DNA from: Emiliania huxleyi CCMP1516
Taxonomy: Eukaryota
Length of the DNA: 64,000 nucleotides
NCBI RefSeq assembly: GCF_000372725.1
Contig: NW_005201113.1
Location: 190,763 to 254,762 of the forward strand
Reading direction: 5' to 3'
Shown: one piece after another, positions 1-10,609 of the stretch
Numbering within the stretch: position 1 is the first letter of the stretch
How the letters are laid out: every line of letters begins with the position of its first letter
The notes under the pieces: generated by a model
Databases searched by the model: none
What the model saw: only the letters and a program-made list of their open reading frames with translations
What the model was told of the DNA's origin: nothing
Program-made: the position numbers and the translations under genes

Positions 1-221
1 CATTGACAAGCTCCGAGCGCCTGTTGTATACGCCGTTGATCATACATTTCGTAGTATACGGCATCGTATATTTTCTGGGCAGCTCGCCCACGAGCGCGAT
101 CGTCTCATCGCTCATGTGTGTACGAGTATTTCGCCTGCGGCTCTCGCGCGAAATTCTTCTTCGTTGGCGCGGCGTTTTCCCTTAAAGACTAATTTTTTCT
201 GAGGCGATTCCAGTCTAGTCC

Positions 222-325
222 TCGGAGCCTAAGTGACTCGCCGTCCTCGCAGGGGTCGCTTAGGCGGCTCCCGTTGTAGGTATATTGTTCCCGTTGTGTA
301 CCCTTTTTTGGTGAACCTTTTTTTT
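222..325 (+). repeat. Dispersed repeat with conserved stem-loop and T-rich tail (probable retroelement 3' end)
   Basis: GCCTAAGTGACTC-GCCGTCCTCGCAG-GGGTCGCTTAGGC. Homologous to the minus strand of 6440-6500 and 37805-37850. Confidence 0.6.
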
Positions 326-810
326 GATAAGCACTCGGAGTGACCTCGACATTCTTTTTCTGACTTGGGCGAACGACGTGGGCGATCCTCCGTCTACTTC
401 AGACAAGTCTCTTTCCTGTCCTCTCGGACCCAGTGTATGGGTGCGCGCCGCCTTTTCGCCCGACCGGCAGCGCCGCCTCGGTCCGGCCTCACCGCGCTCC
501 CGCCCCGCGCGCCACCACCGCAGGCGGTTATGTTCCTCCTCATCTGCGGAACCAACAGGGTTCCGCACCAGGCGCCGAGCGGCCCGAGCCTGCACACGAC
601 CCGGCCCTCTGCTCTCCCATCGGGCCCGGCCCGGGCGCCTGCCGAGCGCCGCCTGCGCCACACTCGCTTACGCCACCACCCGCGCCTGCTCCGCGCACCC
701 CTCGCTAGTCCTCTCACCGCGGCGCTCGCTCTCCTCCACTAGGCGGCGGCGGCGGCGGTGGCGGCGGACCGCCGCCGAGCGGCGGCGGCGGACGCAATCT
801 CGAGGCGCTC

Positions 811-2440
811 ATGAGCAACATGAGCGTCGGCGGCGGCGGCCGCCAAGGCTACGGCGACCGCGGCGGCGGCGGCTACGGCGACCGCGGCGGCGGCGGGTAC
901 GGCGACCGCGGCGGCGGCGGGTACGGCGACCGCGGCGGCGGCGGGTACGGAGACCGCGGCGGCGGCGGGTACGGCGACCGCGGCGGCGGCTACGGCGACC
1001 GCGGCGGTGACCGTGGCGACCGCGGCGGCGGCTACGGTGGCGGTTCGCGTCGCGACCTCAGCGGCTTCTACGGCGGAGGCGGCAGCAGAATCGCAGCGGT
1101 GCAGAGGTAGGAGCGGGCTGTTGCCGTGAAGCGTCTCGGAAGCTTCGCGTAGGCGGCGGCGGAGACCGGTGGTATGGGCTGGACGGCGGGGACAGCTTCG
1201 AGGCGCGGCGCTCCTCTCTTCCGCCCTCTCCCCCTCCTCTCCTCTCCTTCCCGCCGCGCTGATAAAGCTTCCGAAATCCTCCCCCCCCCCCACTTTCCTT
1301 GCCCGCCGCGCACTTTTCTACCGCCGCTTCCTCCGCCGGCCGCAGCTCTCCCCCCNNNNNNNNNNNNNNNNNNNNNNNNNNNNNNNNNNNNNNNNNNNNN
1401 NNNNNNNNNNNNNNNNNNNNNNNNNNNNNNNNNNNNNNNNNNNNNNNNNNNNNNNCCCCCTCTCCCCTCCCTCACCATGCCCCTCCGCTCGCCCCTCTGC
1501 AGGACCAGCGCGAGCGCGAACGCGCGCTCGGTGACTTCAAGAGCGGGCGCATCTCTGTCATCATCGGCACCGACGTGCTCGGCCGCGGCATCGACGTGCC
1601 CGCGGTGACGCACGTCATCAACTACGACGCCCCCGGAGACATCGAGGACTACACGCACCGGATCGGCCGAACGGGTCGCGCGGGACACCAGGCACCTCGC
1701 CTCTCTCTCTCCAGCCGCCCCGTCCCTCGCCCCTCTCTCTCCCCAGCCGCCCCGCACCTCGCCTCTCTCTCTCCAGCCGCCCCGCACCTCGCCTCTCTCT
1801 CTCCAGCCGCCCCGCACCTCGCCTCTCTCTCCTCAGCCGCCCCGCACCTCGCCTCTCTCTCTCCAGCCGCCCCGCACCTCGCCTCTCTCTCTCCAGCCGC
1901 CCCGCACCTCGCCTCTCTCTCTCCAGCCGCCCCGCACCTCGCCTCTCTCTCTCCAGCCGCCCCGCACCTCGCCTCTCTCTCTCCAGCCGCCCCGCACCTC
2001 GCCTCTCTCTCTCCAGCCGCCCCGTCCCTCGCCGTCGCCGCCGCCCCGCACCTCGCCTCTCTCTCTCCAGCCGCCCCGCACCTCGCCTCTCTCTCTCCAG
2101 CCGCCCCGCACCTCGCCTCTCTCTCTCCAGCCGCCCCGTCCCTCGCCGTCGCCGCCGCCCGTTGCTGCCGCCCTCGTCGTCCTCGCCACGCCACCGCCCT
2201 CGCCGCCGGCCCCCACCACACCGCCGCCGCCGCGGCCGCCGTCATGCGGCTTCCCGCCTCCCCACCCTCCCCACCGCCGGCACTGCACCTCCCAGGGCAT
2301 GGCGACCACGATGCTCAACGACCGCGACGGGAACATCGCCCGCGACCTTTTCGACATGCTCACGCAGTCGAACCAGGAGGCGCCCGACTGGCTTCGCCAG
2401 ATCCGCGGAGGAGGCGGCGGCGGGAGGCCTGCCTTCCTGA
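811..2440 (+). CDS. DEAD-box RNA helicase, DDX3/Ded1/Vasa-like (core lost in the assembly gap)
   Basis: N-terminal (GGGGYGDR)n repeats at 811-1080. Exon 1503-1691 reads [32 protein letters not shown]...[14 protein letters not shown] (motifs V/VI). GC-AG intron 1692-2295, then [11 protein letters not shown]...QEAPDWL, which matches the DDX3 C-terminus. The 3' end is approximate. Confidence 0.85.
1356..1455. other. Assembly gap (100 N)
   Basis: Run of N. Confidence 1.
1692..2160 (+). repeat. Intronic 30-bp minisatellite (GCCGCCCCGCACCTCGCCTCTCTCTCTCCA)n
   Basis: About 14 head-to-tail units with no spacers, inside the helicase intron. Confidence 0.95.
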
Positions 2441-2588
2441 TCGGTCTCGGTAGAAGAAAGCAAAGAGATATCGCCGTTGTCGATACAGCGGTCAGCGCTC
2501 CAGCCCTCCAAGCCTCATGCCCGCCGCTCCACCGTGTCGCTGCACAAGCAGCACTTCCCCACATTGCAGTGCTTGACGCAATACGAAG

Positions 2589-3997
2589 ATGTCTGCGACC
2601 ATCGACTCCACCGTGCGTCGCTGCACAAGCAGCACTCCCCGCCTTACCAGCAGTGCAATCGCATCGCGCCCGCTCGGCCGATGCGCGCTCGTGTCCTCTT
2701 CTGATGCGCTGCTACGGTATAGATTTGGAGATGCCATTGACAGCCACGACGAGATCGTCCGCTTCAACCTGGCGCCCGTGCCAGGTCAGCCTCTCCCACT
2801 CCTGCCACTAGACCACCCACAGCATAGCACGTGAGAGGCAATCACCTTGGCTTTTGCTCATTCACCGCTCACGTTCGTCATCAGCAGCCAGACATCCTCT
2901 GACTGGCGATGCCCGCCCCTCGACCCCAGAGGCGCTGCACCACCATGTTGGCCGCCGCACCACCACGGTGGTAGTTGGCTATCATGTCTTGCTTCTCCTT
3001 CAAGAGAGCGTCGCGCGTTGGCTGCGCCAGCTGCAGCCGCTGCAGCCGCTGCAGCCGCCGCAGCATCACCAGCTCCAACCATTACACGCAGACGACAACG
3101 GTGGTCGCAGCGGCTCGCCTCAAGTCGCGGTGCTTGTCTCCGACAACTGGTGTGTGACGGACGATTACAAGTGCCGAGTGCCCGGCAAGTCGCGCTAGAT
3201 GACAGCTATTCACTGTCACCCACATCTTCCTTCGGCCACTGGCAGTGCTACCACTGTATCGGCCGTTCTCAAAGGCGCCAAATGCAGCGCACATGATCTC
3301 GCGATAGGCAAGTCGCGGCGCTGGGCCCAGCGCGGCGGACGAGCAGGCGGGCCGCCGCTATCATGCCCCAAGCAGGCCGCCTCTGTCGGGAGATGCCGAT
3401 GCATCGCGCACGCGTTGCCTGGTTGGATCGATTGTGCGCCCGCCCCGTCGAAGGAGGAGGTGCAGGAGACGTGGCGACTCTACCTGGAGCAGGCAGATGC
3501 TTAGAAAATAGGTAATAGGTAAGAAAATGGCACACGACCGCACACGACCGGCTAGCCGTTCGTGCCACCAGAGGTAATGCAGCGCCAATCCTCGGCAGGC
3601 AAACGAGTCGTGCGCAAAGAGCGGCCCGTCGACTGGTCTCGCCGCCGCGATCCACTTTCTCCGCCGCTGCAAGAGAGTTACGCTGTTTGGCTTTGGTCTT
3701 CCGTCGCGTGGAGGTGGCGACGGGGATCTCCAGCAGACGATCGGGTCCGCGGCCCGGCGGTCGATCTGCGCCTTCTCAGCGGTGGAGGGGATGTGGGCGG
3801 TACGTGCGGACCGCGTGGTGCTGCGATGGCTTGACGAGTGCGACTCCCAGCGTCGACTTTTTGACCCCACGGAGCCTCTGCTGCTCCGGGGGGGGCGGGG
3901 GGGGGGGTCTGCAGACCACCCGGCCGAACTTCAGAGTGGCGGTGGTCCTCAAATACCGCTCAAACGCCCACGATGTTGTGGAGGGGACATATGCTGA
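2589..3997 (+). CDS. Sialyltransferase-like protein (glycosyltransferase family 29), spliced
   Basis: Sialylmotif L: RCALVSSSDALLRYRFGDAIDSHDEIVRFNLAPVP|EALHHHVGRRTT, across intron 2785-2929. Sialylmotif S: PSTGLAAAIHFLRRCKRVTLFGF at 3626-3694. Further putative introns at 3185-3307 and 3493-3598. Both ends uncertain. Confidence 0.75.
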
Positions 3998-4074
3998 TGA
4001 TCCCGGCCCGATTGGGTCGCTCAGAAAGCTTCTGGGCGGTCGCTAAGGTTCGCTCCCCGCACACGGGCCCCGGA

Positions 4075-4212
4075 ATAAGATACATCATAGAGCTGCGCGT
4101 CTACCCCGGCGCCGCACACGGGATGGGTCACTTCGGGCCGCACCAGCACACCGAGCAGGGGGAGGGGGCGCTGCGAGCCCTCGAGGCGTGGTACGCAGCG
4201 CACCTGCCCTAG
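4075..4212 (+). pseudogene. C-terminal fragment of an alpha/beta-hydrolase (dienelactone hydrolase/peptidase S9-like)
   Basis: ELRVYPGAAHGM...ALEAWYAAHL* resembles the catalytic-His region. No 5' part found. Confidence 0.45.
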
Positions 4213-4632
4213 GCAGTAGGCTCTGCCTCGATGCGGATGTACGTGATCGACCTCTGTGATCCTGTTGTTGTACCAGGTTTACGTTCGAATGATTTATTTT
4301 TGTAGAGCCGCCGCCGCCTTGTGTGGTGGCCAGTGGTGGTGGTGGTGGTGGGTGGGTGGGGGGGGGGGGGGCACACATGGAAGTGGCCGCCCTCAAGTCT
4401 CTTCAAAATATTTTAGATTTAGTTTGTTTAAAAGGGGCAGGTTAGGTGCTGTTGCTGTGGGGAATTCAGCCCCTGGAAGGACACCCGCGCCCTTTCGCAG
4501 GCGGTCGAAAGGCCCTTGCCAGGACCGTCTCGCATCGCACATCCATCGTGAGTGCCAGCCCCGCGCCCGCCACTGACCGCCGACACGCGCGTTCCCAACG
4601 CGTGACTCACCGCGAGTGTGTCCGTCAGGACA

Positions 4633-5424
4633 ATGATCTTCTCAAAGCTGATGCTGCTCGCCGTCGGCGCTGGCGTCGTCAACGCTCTGCCGATCCTCAC
4701 CGTGCCCGACGCGCAGGAGGACGGCCTGGTTGATCTCGACTCGCCGGCCTCCCAAGTCTCCATTCGCTTCCTAAACGGGGACAACTCAAAGGCGGTGCTT
4801 GTGAAGTACACTGACAACGGAGTCTTGAAGCAGCTTCACATCAACGCAAACAGTGATACGGCCAGCTACGCTGTGGATCCAACAAAGGAAATCACGATTC
4901 TGTCGGAGGATCCCCACTACTACCGCGTGTGCACAGTGGCACCTGACACGCTCAAGGAGGACGATGCCGTGTCTACTGCGAGCCCGTGGGGCAACTCGTG
5001 CAAGGTCTCTCGCCCTGCTCCGTCTCCGTCTCCGGCTCCGGCTGCAGAGGACCTGCAGTTTCAACGCTGCTTCAACAGCCAGGAATGTCCTTGTGTCAAG
5101 CATCTTGATGGTCTCTGCCTTCTTTACGCCTTGTGTAACACGGCGCTCAACTATTGTGAGATTGGATCTGCCGTTCATAACTGCAACCAAGATTCCGATT
5201 GCCCAGGATCTCCTGTTACTTGTTACCAGGGGTTCTGCTACTACGGTGCGCAAAAAGCCAATGGTGCTTCTTGCTACTGGAATTACGAATGTGAAAGCAC
5301 GTATTGCAATGACGGGCATGGCGGTGGCAAAGGGAAGTGTCAAGCTTTGGGAAATACTGGCGATGATTGCGCTTGGCACCAAGCTTGCAAGTCCTTCTCA
5401 TGTCATGGTGGGAAATGCACCTAG
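4633..5424 (+). CDS. Secreted protein with cysteine-rich C-terminal repeats
   Basis: Signal peptide MIFSKLMLLAVGAGVVNA, PAPSPSPAP linker, then repeated Cys units such as CNQDSDC, CYWNYECESTYC and CAWHQACKSFSC. Confidence 0.75.
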   Translation: MIFSKLMLLAVGAGVVNALPILTVPDAQEDGLVDLDSPASQVSIRFLNGDNSKAVLVKYTDNGVLKQLHINANSDTASYAVDPTKEITILSEDPHYYRVCTVAPDTLKEDDAVSTASPWGNSCKVSRPAPSPSPAPAAEDLQFQRCFNSQECPCVKHLDGLCLLYALCNTALNYCEIGSAVHNCNQDSDCPGSPVTCYQGFCYYGAQKANGASCYWNYECESTYCNDGHGGGKGKCQALGNTGDDCAWHQACKSFSCHGGKCT

Positions 5425-5571
5425 TTTGCAGGTTGCTCACCCACGGCACCGGGCCGGTGCTTGCACTTTGAATGCCGTGGGGCTCCTGCCCGTGTCCCGG
5501 GCGTGGAGATGCGAGGGTCGCCCCCCCCCCCCCCCGCCCCCCACTTTGTGTGTGTGGAGACGTTTACCTTA

Positions 5572-5680
5572 CTTGGCGGGGCGTGGGGGCCCTAGAGGGT
5601 ACCCATGCAGGGGGGGGGGGGTTCCCATGGCCCGCAGGCCGGGGCCGATTTTGCGGGATTTTTTCTTTTGCGTTTTCGTT
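5572..5680 (+). mobile_element. Diverged left end of the MITE family seen at 43333-44222
   Basis: GGGGCGTGGGGGCCCTAGAGGGTACCCA...TCCCATGGCCCGC...GCCGATTTT matches 43340-43425. Confidence 0.6.
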
Positions 5681-5832
5681 GGGTCCACCTGGGACCGAAC
5701 CGGAGGTGGCTGTGAGCTCACGTCCGTGTTGTCGTAGTACGCTTTACGAGACTGATACTGTACGAGAGCTAAACTGGGTGCGGACCCAGTCTAGCAAGAC
5801 ACTCCTACGGAGTAGTAGACGGCGCAGGCATT

Positions 5833-6228
5833 TTAATCACCCATCTGCTCCTGCAAGGCATCAATCACGTCGCCATCTTCCATCCCGCACTCCTCGGGCG
5901 TCTCGCTTCCCAGGGATGGGACACGCTCGCCGTTGAACACGAGTCGGAGGCCTTGGGGGTTGACGCCTTGGCGCTGACCGATCGCATTCTTGATCTTTGA
6001 CAGGTGCGTGTTCTTCTTGATCTTGAAGAAGACCTCCTCGCCACTCGCGTGTACAACCTTGACGTTGATGCTGAGGGAGTCGCCCGCCTTGAGAGACTCG
6101 ACGAGAGCGGCGGCGAAAGCCGCGGCGTCCGCGACCTTGCCGTCGCGCACAGCCGCCGCGGTGATGCGCTCCACGTCCGACTCGAGAAGGCGCTTCAGGC
6201 GCTGTGCATTCCACTCACCGCCGGCCAT
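5833..6228 (-). CDS. SUMO-like protein lacking the C-terminal diglycine
   Basis: INVKVVHASGEEVFFKIKKNTHLSKIK...LRLVFNGERV...TPEECGMEDGDVIDALQEQMGD*. Confidence 0.85.
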   Translation of the reverse strand: MAGGEWNAQRLKRLLESDVERITAAAVRDGKVADAAAFAAALVESLKAGDSLSINVKVVHASGEEVFFKIKKNTHLSKIKNAIGQRQGVNPQGLRLVFNGERVPSLGSETPEECGMEDGDVIDALQEQMGD

Positions 6229-6344
6229 GCTGCTCTCCAGCGGCAAGCCGAGCGCCGCCCTTCCTTCCGGTGATGGCGGCGCTTCCGTCCGGGCGAGACG
6301 TTCGTTAGTGCAGTGCGCGCCAGAGCGCAGAGGCCAGTAAAGAT

Positions 6345-6500
6345 AGAATTCTTAGATAGAAAAAAAATTGTACAAGCAAACTCCCTTCGCACGACACTTA
6401 GGCACGGGACTGGCGCGCACTGGCACTAACACAGGTACACCACGGGAGCCGCCCAAGCGACTCCCGCGAGGACGGCGAGGCACTTAGCTCCGTGCACTCC
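6345..6500 (-). mobile_element. 3' end of a non-LTR retroelement family (stem-loop, GTGCCAGT motif, T-tract, AGAATTCT)
   Basis: Shares sequence with 37805-37850, 48115-48180, 55823-55886 and 222-295. Confidence 0.6.
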
Positions 6501-6779
6501 CAGAAAGTCGAACAGACAACCCAAGGAGGCACTCCTGCGCCCGCTCCCTCCCGCTTGGCGCCCATCCCGCCCTCCGCCCTCGCCCTCCGCCCTTGCCCTG
6601 GCTGGCCTGGGTGGCATCTCCGCATCATCACGCGCCAAGTGGGAGGGAGGTGGACGGGGCCCTGAGCCGACCTAGCCCCAGACGGAATGGGGCGCCCAAC
6701 ACGATTACTGTGCCTTCCCCGCGCATCTCAATCACCAGTGCCGTTACAGTGCCGTTACGGTTACGTATACCGACGGGGG

Positions 6780-7197
6780 ACGACAGCTCAGTATCAGACT
6801 CCCTATGCTGACGATACCGGCCTCCCCTTCCTTCTGCTCACGCGCTGACTTGGAGCAACAAACGCCGCTCCTCATGACGCACTTTGCGGATTGGGGCATG
6901 GAGATACATGCCGGCGTGCTCGATCCCATGGAAGGTCCACTCTGGACTACTCGACTTCACCGCTCTGCCGCCGATCAAGAAGTCGAAATCTGAGGTGCTG
7001 TTTTGTTCAAAGCCGCACCACCTCTACAGATCCGACCTCGTTCGACGGCACCGACCTTTCCCCGATCATGCTGCCAAACAACGGCTTCATGGAGGTGGTA
7101 GATCGCTTCCCGTACCTCGGCGACATCGTCTCGCGCGACGGCGACGACGCAGCAGCGGTCGACGCCCGCGTCGAGTCGGGTGGCAAGGCATTTGGCC
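6780..7197 (+). mobile_element. Degenerate LINE reverse transcriptase fragment (RTE/CR1-like)
   Basis: YADDTG at 6804, then ...FADWGMEIH...KSKSEVLF...VDRFPYLGDIVSRDG...VDARVESGGKAFG, spread over three frames (frameshifted). Confidence 0.8.
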
Positions 7198-7236
7198 GCG
7201 TAAAATTCTTTCCGGCCGCTGCTCCGGTGTGCACAC

Positions 7237-8283
7237 ATGGACTACTACGCTGGCGGCCCCCACTGGCGGCAGCAGGATCGCCGCCCCGCCTACCGCCGCG
7301 CGAGTGCCCGCGGCGGCCACTACAGCGAGGCGCGGGGTGGACAGGTGGGCTGGTACGGGCATGGGACCGGCCACGGAGGCTGGTATTATGGCAACGCTCC
7401 TGGAGGTGGATGGGGCAACCTCAGTGCTGGTGACGGCTCGGGCTCCTTCTACACCGGTGGAGGCGGCTACGGCGGCGCCACCGACCAGGCTACGGGCTGG
7501 GGCGGCGGCGGAGGGGGGCAGCATTGCCGCAGGGCGGCCAATGAGCAGGAGTATTGGACGTGTGCAGGCTGCTCGACCAAGAACTGGACGTCGCGGGAGA
7601 GCTGCCGCAAGTGCTCGCGGCCGAGACAACGCTGCGCCGCGCCGCCGCACTCTCCCACCCGCCCTCCGCCGCAGCCACCGCGCGAGCCACCGCAGCCATC
7701 GCATGAGCCGCCCCTCGCGACCGCCAGCTCTGGCGCGGGCTGGTTCGACGACGGCCCTTCGTGGCCCTCCTCGGCCTCCTCCGAGTCCCGGAAGCGGCCG
7801 CAGGCCACGACCGGCGGGCCCGGCGCCAGCGCCACCGCTGCGTCAGCTCCGGTGTCGGACCTGCGCAGCAAGCTGGCAAAGACCAGGCACATCCTGAGCG
7901 ATGCGACACGATGTCTACTCGAGGGCAGCAGGCCGGGCAGCGCGGCGGCGGGCGCGTCCGCCCAGGGAAGCTCCTCCGTATTTTCTCGCTTGGGGGTCAG
8001 AGAGCGTGCGGCCCGATCCGCGAGCGGTCCAGTGCGCAGTCCCGAGAAGATTGGGGGTCAGAGCGAGGCGGCGCCTGTGGCAGTCGAGGCGACGGGGCAT
8101 GCGAGCGACGTTGACCGGGCGCCCGCTGCATACACACACACACACGCCGCGCGCGCCGCACACCCACGCACACTGGGCCTGACACATTTATTACCGTGGG
8201 GCTCCTGTCTTTGGACGTGGAGTCGTGAGGGATCGCCCGGCCTCTGCTCCACGCCTCGTGTGTGTGGAGAAGTTTCCCCCTAA
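7237..8283 (+). CDS. Gly/Tyr/Trp-rich protein with a RanBP2-type zinc finger (possibly element-derived)
   Basis: YWTCAGCSTKNWTSRESCRKCSRPR fits W-x-C-x2-C-x3-N-x6-C-x2-C. 3' end uncertain. Confidence 0.55.
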   Translation: MDYYAGGPHWRQQDRRPAYRRASARGGHYSEARGGQVGWYGHGTGHGGWYYGNAPGGGWGNLSAGDGSGSFYTGGGGYGGATDQATGWGGGGGGQHCRRAANEQEYWTCAGCSTKNWTSRESCRKCSRPRQRCAAPPHSPTRPPPQPPREPPQPSHEPPLATASSGAGWFDDGPSWPSSASSESRKRPQATTGGPGASATAASAPVSDLRSKLAKTRHILSDATRCLLEGSRPGSAAAGASAQGSSSVFSRLGVRERAARSASGPVRSPEKIGGQSEAAPVAVEATGHASDVDRAPAAYTHTHAARAAHPRTLGLTHLLPWGSCLWTWSREGSPGLCSTPRVCGEVSP

Positions 8284-10381
8284 TCTTGCCTTACCTTGAC
8301 CAGGCGCAAGGCGACGCGGTGGCAGCGTGTGCGCAGGCGCGGGCGACAACGCCAGAAGAGGCGGCGGAGGCGGCGGAGGCGGCGGAGGCGGCGGAGGCGG
8401 CGGAGGCGGCAGACTCGCAGGCGGAGGAGGCGCAGGCGGAGGAGGGGGCGGAGGCGGAGGCGGCGGCGGATTCGGTGGCGGCGGCGGCGGCGCTGGTGGC
8501 TGCAGAGCCAGACGGGATGGAAGAAGCCGCCCTGCGAGCGCTGCTGCGGCGCGTCCAGCCGCTCCTGAGGGAGGCTGTGGCGGCACGGCGGCCGCAGGCA
8601 TCCGAGGGGGGCGGGCGGAAGACGCTGGGCCTCGCCAGAGGCGGCAGGACGAAGGCATCGCCACAGAGGGCGCCAGCCGCGGAGGCGGCGCTGCAGCAGT
8701 CGCCGGCAGCGGTGGAGCGCAGTCGGGCCGCGAAGCGGTGGCAGTCTGGCGACGAGGCGGGAGGGAAGGGGCGAGGCGACGAGACGGGCGGCGAAGAGTC
8801 GGACGACGCGATGGGCTAGGGGGTTAGCTGAGCGTTTTTGCTCAAACATCGAGTGAGGTGGTGATCGCGGGTGGTCGTTCTCGTTGCTCGTTCTCTCGAG
8901 TAGAGGAAAGACATCAACATAGAGATATTAAGAGCTGATGTGGTTACACCTTGTCCGTACCGAATACCGTGCGTACTGAGGCAAGAACTGTCTGTACTCC
9001 CTGACGCCCCCCAAGCCCCATCGCAAGCAGGTCATGCAGTTACCCTGCGTACACCCCCTAGAGAGAGTAGAAGTAATAGACGGCTGCTGTGGAGGCTCAA
9101 CGCTCACCAAGCGGCAGTGCCCTGCCTTCCACGCCCTCGCCCAACGCCGAGTCGCGCCGAGGCGAGCCAGAGAGGGTGGCGTAGCGGACGATTCCAAAGG
9201 CGACGGCGGTGAGGGAAAAGATGGTGCCCAAAGTATAGCGAATCATTTCGTTTTTGGAGGCCTGGGGAGGGTCAAGAGCCTCTCGTTGAGGACGCTCCGA
9301 GACTGTCTCCGCCAAATATCACGGGCGACCTCACCTCGATCTTTGTGTACAGCCGGCCGATATCGAGCTCCAGCTTCGCCTCTTTGGCGGAGAAGGTATT
9401 TTGCGCCTGTTTTCAGGAATGCGCGACTGCTCTGAGATCGATGGCAGCAGGAGGATCCACAACGTCCAGAGAAGGTGAGGTCTTACCTTGCGGAGGTCCT
9501 CGCGAATCTTGCCGTCCACGAGTGAGAGCTCCACCTACGGGGCGCTGAGCGGTGCAACATTAGATCTCGCGTACGGGCCGTTTGCCTGCCTCCCCTACCG
9601 ACGCTTGACCCCCCCCCGCCCCGGGCCGATTGCTCCGCCTTGTATTGCGACGTGAGCCGCTCGATCTCGTGCTTGCTCTCGCCTGTTCACATCAAAGGTG
9701 TGACGAACTTCGTCCTTCCAGACAGCCACCCGATCGCGCTTGTTCGCCGCGTAGACGGTCGCCGAGCGCGAAGCCCTTCTCCGTCACCTCCTTAACCTGC
9801 GCAGTCGTCTTGGCATCAGCGTTCTCTTGCCGCGCCCGGAATCTCTTGATGTCATCCCTCATCCGCCTACGCCGCCTCTGATCCGTCAGGCCCATCGTAC
9901 AAGCCGCGTGGCGTGTCACACAAAGGGTTTGCTCCTGAGCTCAAGCTCGATGAAGTTCTTGAAGCGCTCACGCGCCGCCTCCTCCTCAATCCGCCGCGCC
10001 TCGCCCGACGCGCTGAGCGCGTCCAGAACGAACTGTGTCACGCACTCGCTCTGCTCGGCAGGCATGCCGGCCGCCTGAGAGGTCGGCGAGGAGGCTCGAG
10101 AGGCGCGTGTGCGGGCTCGGTTGCGCTGACGTTTACTCCTGGAGCTGCCGAGCCAGCGCAAGCGAGTCAAATGGAAAATTGGAGCGGCGCAGCGGGTCGA
10201 TGGTTGAAGCAGAGGTGGCGGCGGCGGCAGTTGTTTGCGCGGAGGAGGTGCTGCAGAATCGGAGCATGGGCATGGGCCCACGGGGGCCTCGAACGCGACA
10301 CACATTCGCGAACATATTTGTCGCGCTGCGGAACGTAAACCACTGAAGTCATGTCCTCATGACCTCGGAGCCTGTGCTCTT

Positions 10382-10506
10382 GTGAGCACTTGAGCACTGG
10401 ATAGGGTCGATTCCGCATGGTACGGGACCCCTCGATCGTCTCGCCCTCCCTCACTGGCGTGTTCATTGGGGGGGGGGGGGGGTCATAACAAACACGGTAC
10501 AGGATC
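10382..10506 (-). repeat. ~125-bp dispersed repeat, inverted copy of 28357-28472
   Basis: GAGCACTTGAGCACTGGATAGGGTCGATTCCGCATGGTACGGGACCCCTCGATCGTCTCGCCCTCCCTC...TCATAACAAACACGGT is the reverse complement of 28357-28472. Confidence 0.9.
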
Positions 10507-10609
10507 GAGGTGCACGCTGCTGAAGCAGTGTCGTCCCCCCTCTCCATCGTCTGGTAAGGGAGCCTGTGCTCTTGACGAAAAACTCTGGTAGTCCGTCCAC
10601 GGAGATCGC

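Noticed and set aside
236..275. TCCTCGC loop suggesting an HDV-like ribozyme
   Set aside because: P3, P1 and P2 pairings are not conserved among copies; a simple hairpin explains it better.
1692..2160. 30-bp repeats resembling a CRISPR array
   Set aside because: Units are head-to-tail with no unique spacers, lie within an intron, and no cas genes are present.
3196..3198. In-frame TAG suggesting readthrough or a pseudogene in the GT29 gene
   Set aside because: It falls inside a plausible GC-AG intron (3185-3307) whose removal keeps the frame.
8262..8819. Ala/Glu-rich ORF over (GGCGGAGGC)n
   Set aside because: Low complexity, open in several frames, with no recognisable domain.
9692..10305. 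Minus-strand charged ORF pieces
   Set aside because: No recognisable motif and the pieces are frameshifted, so no product call is supportable.
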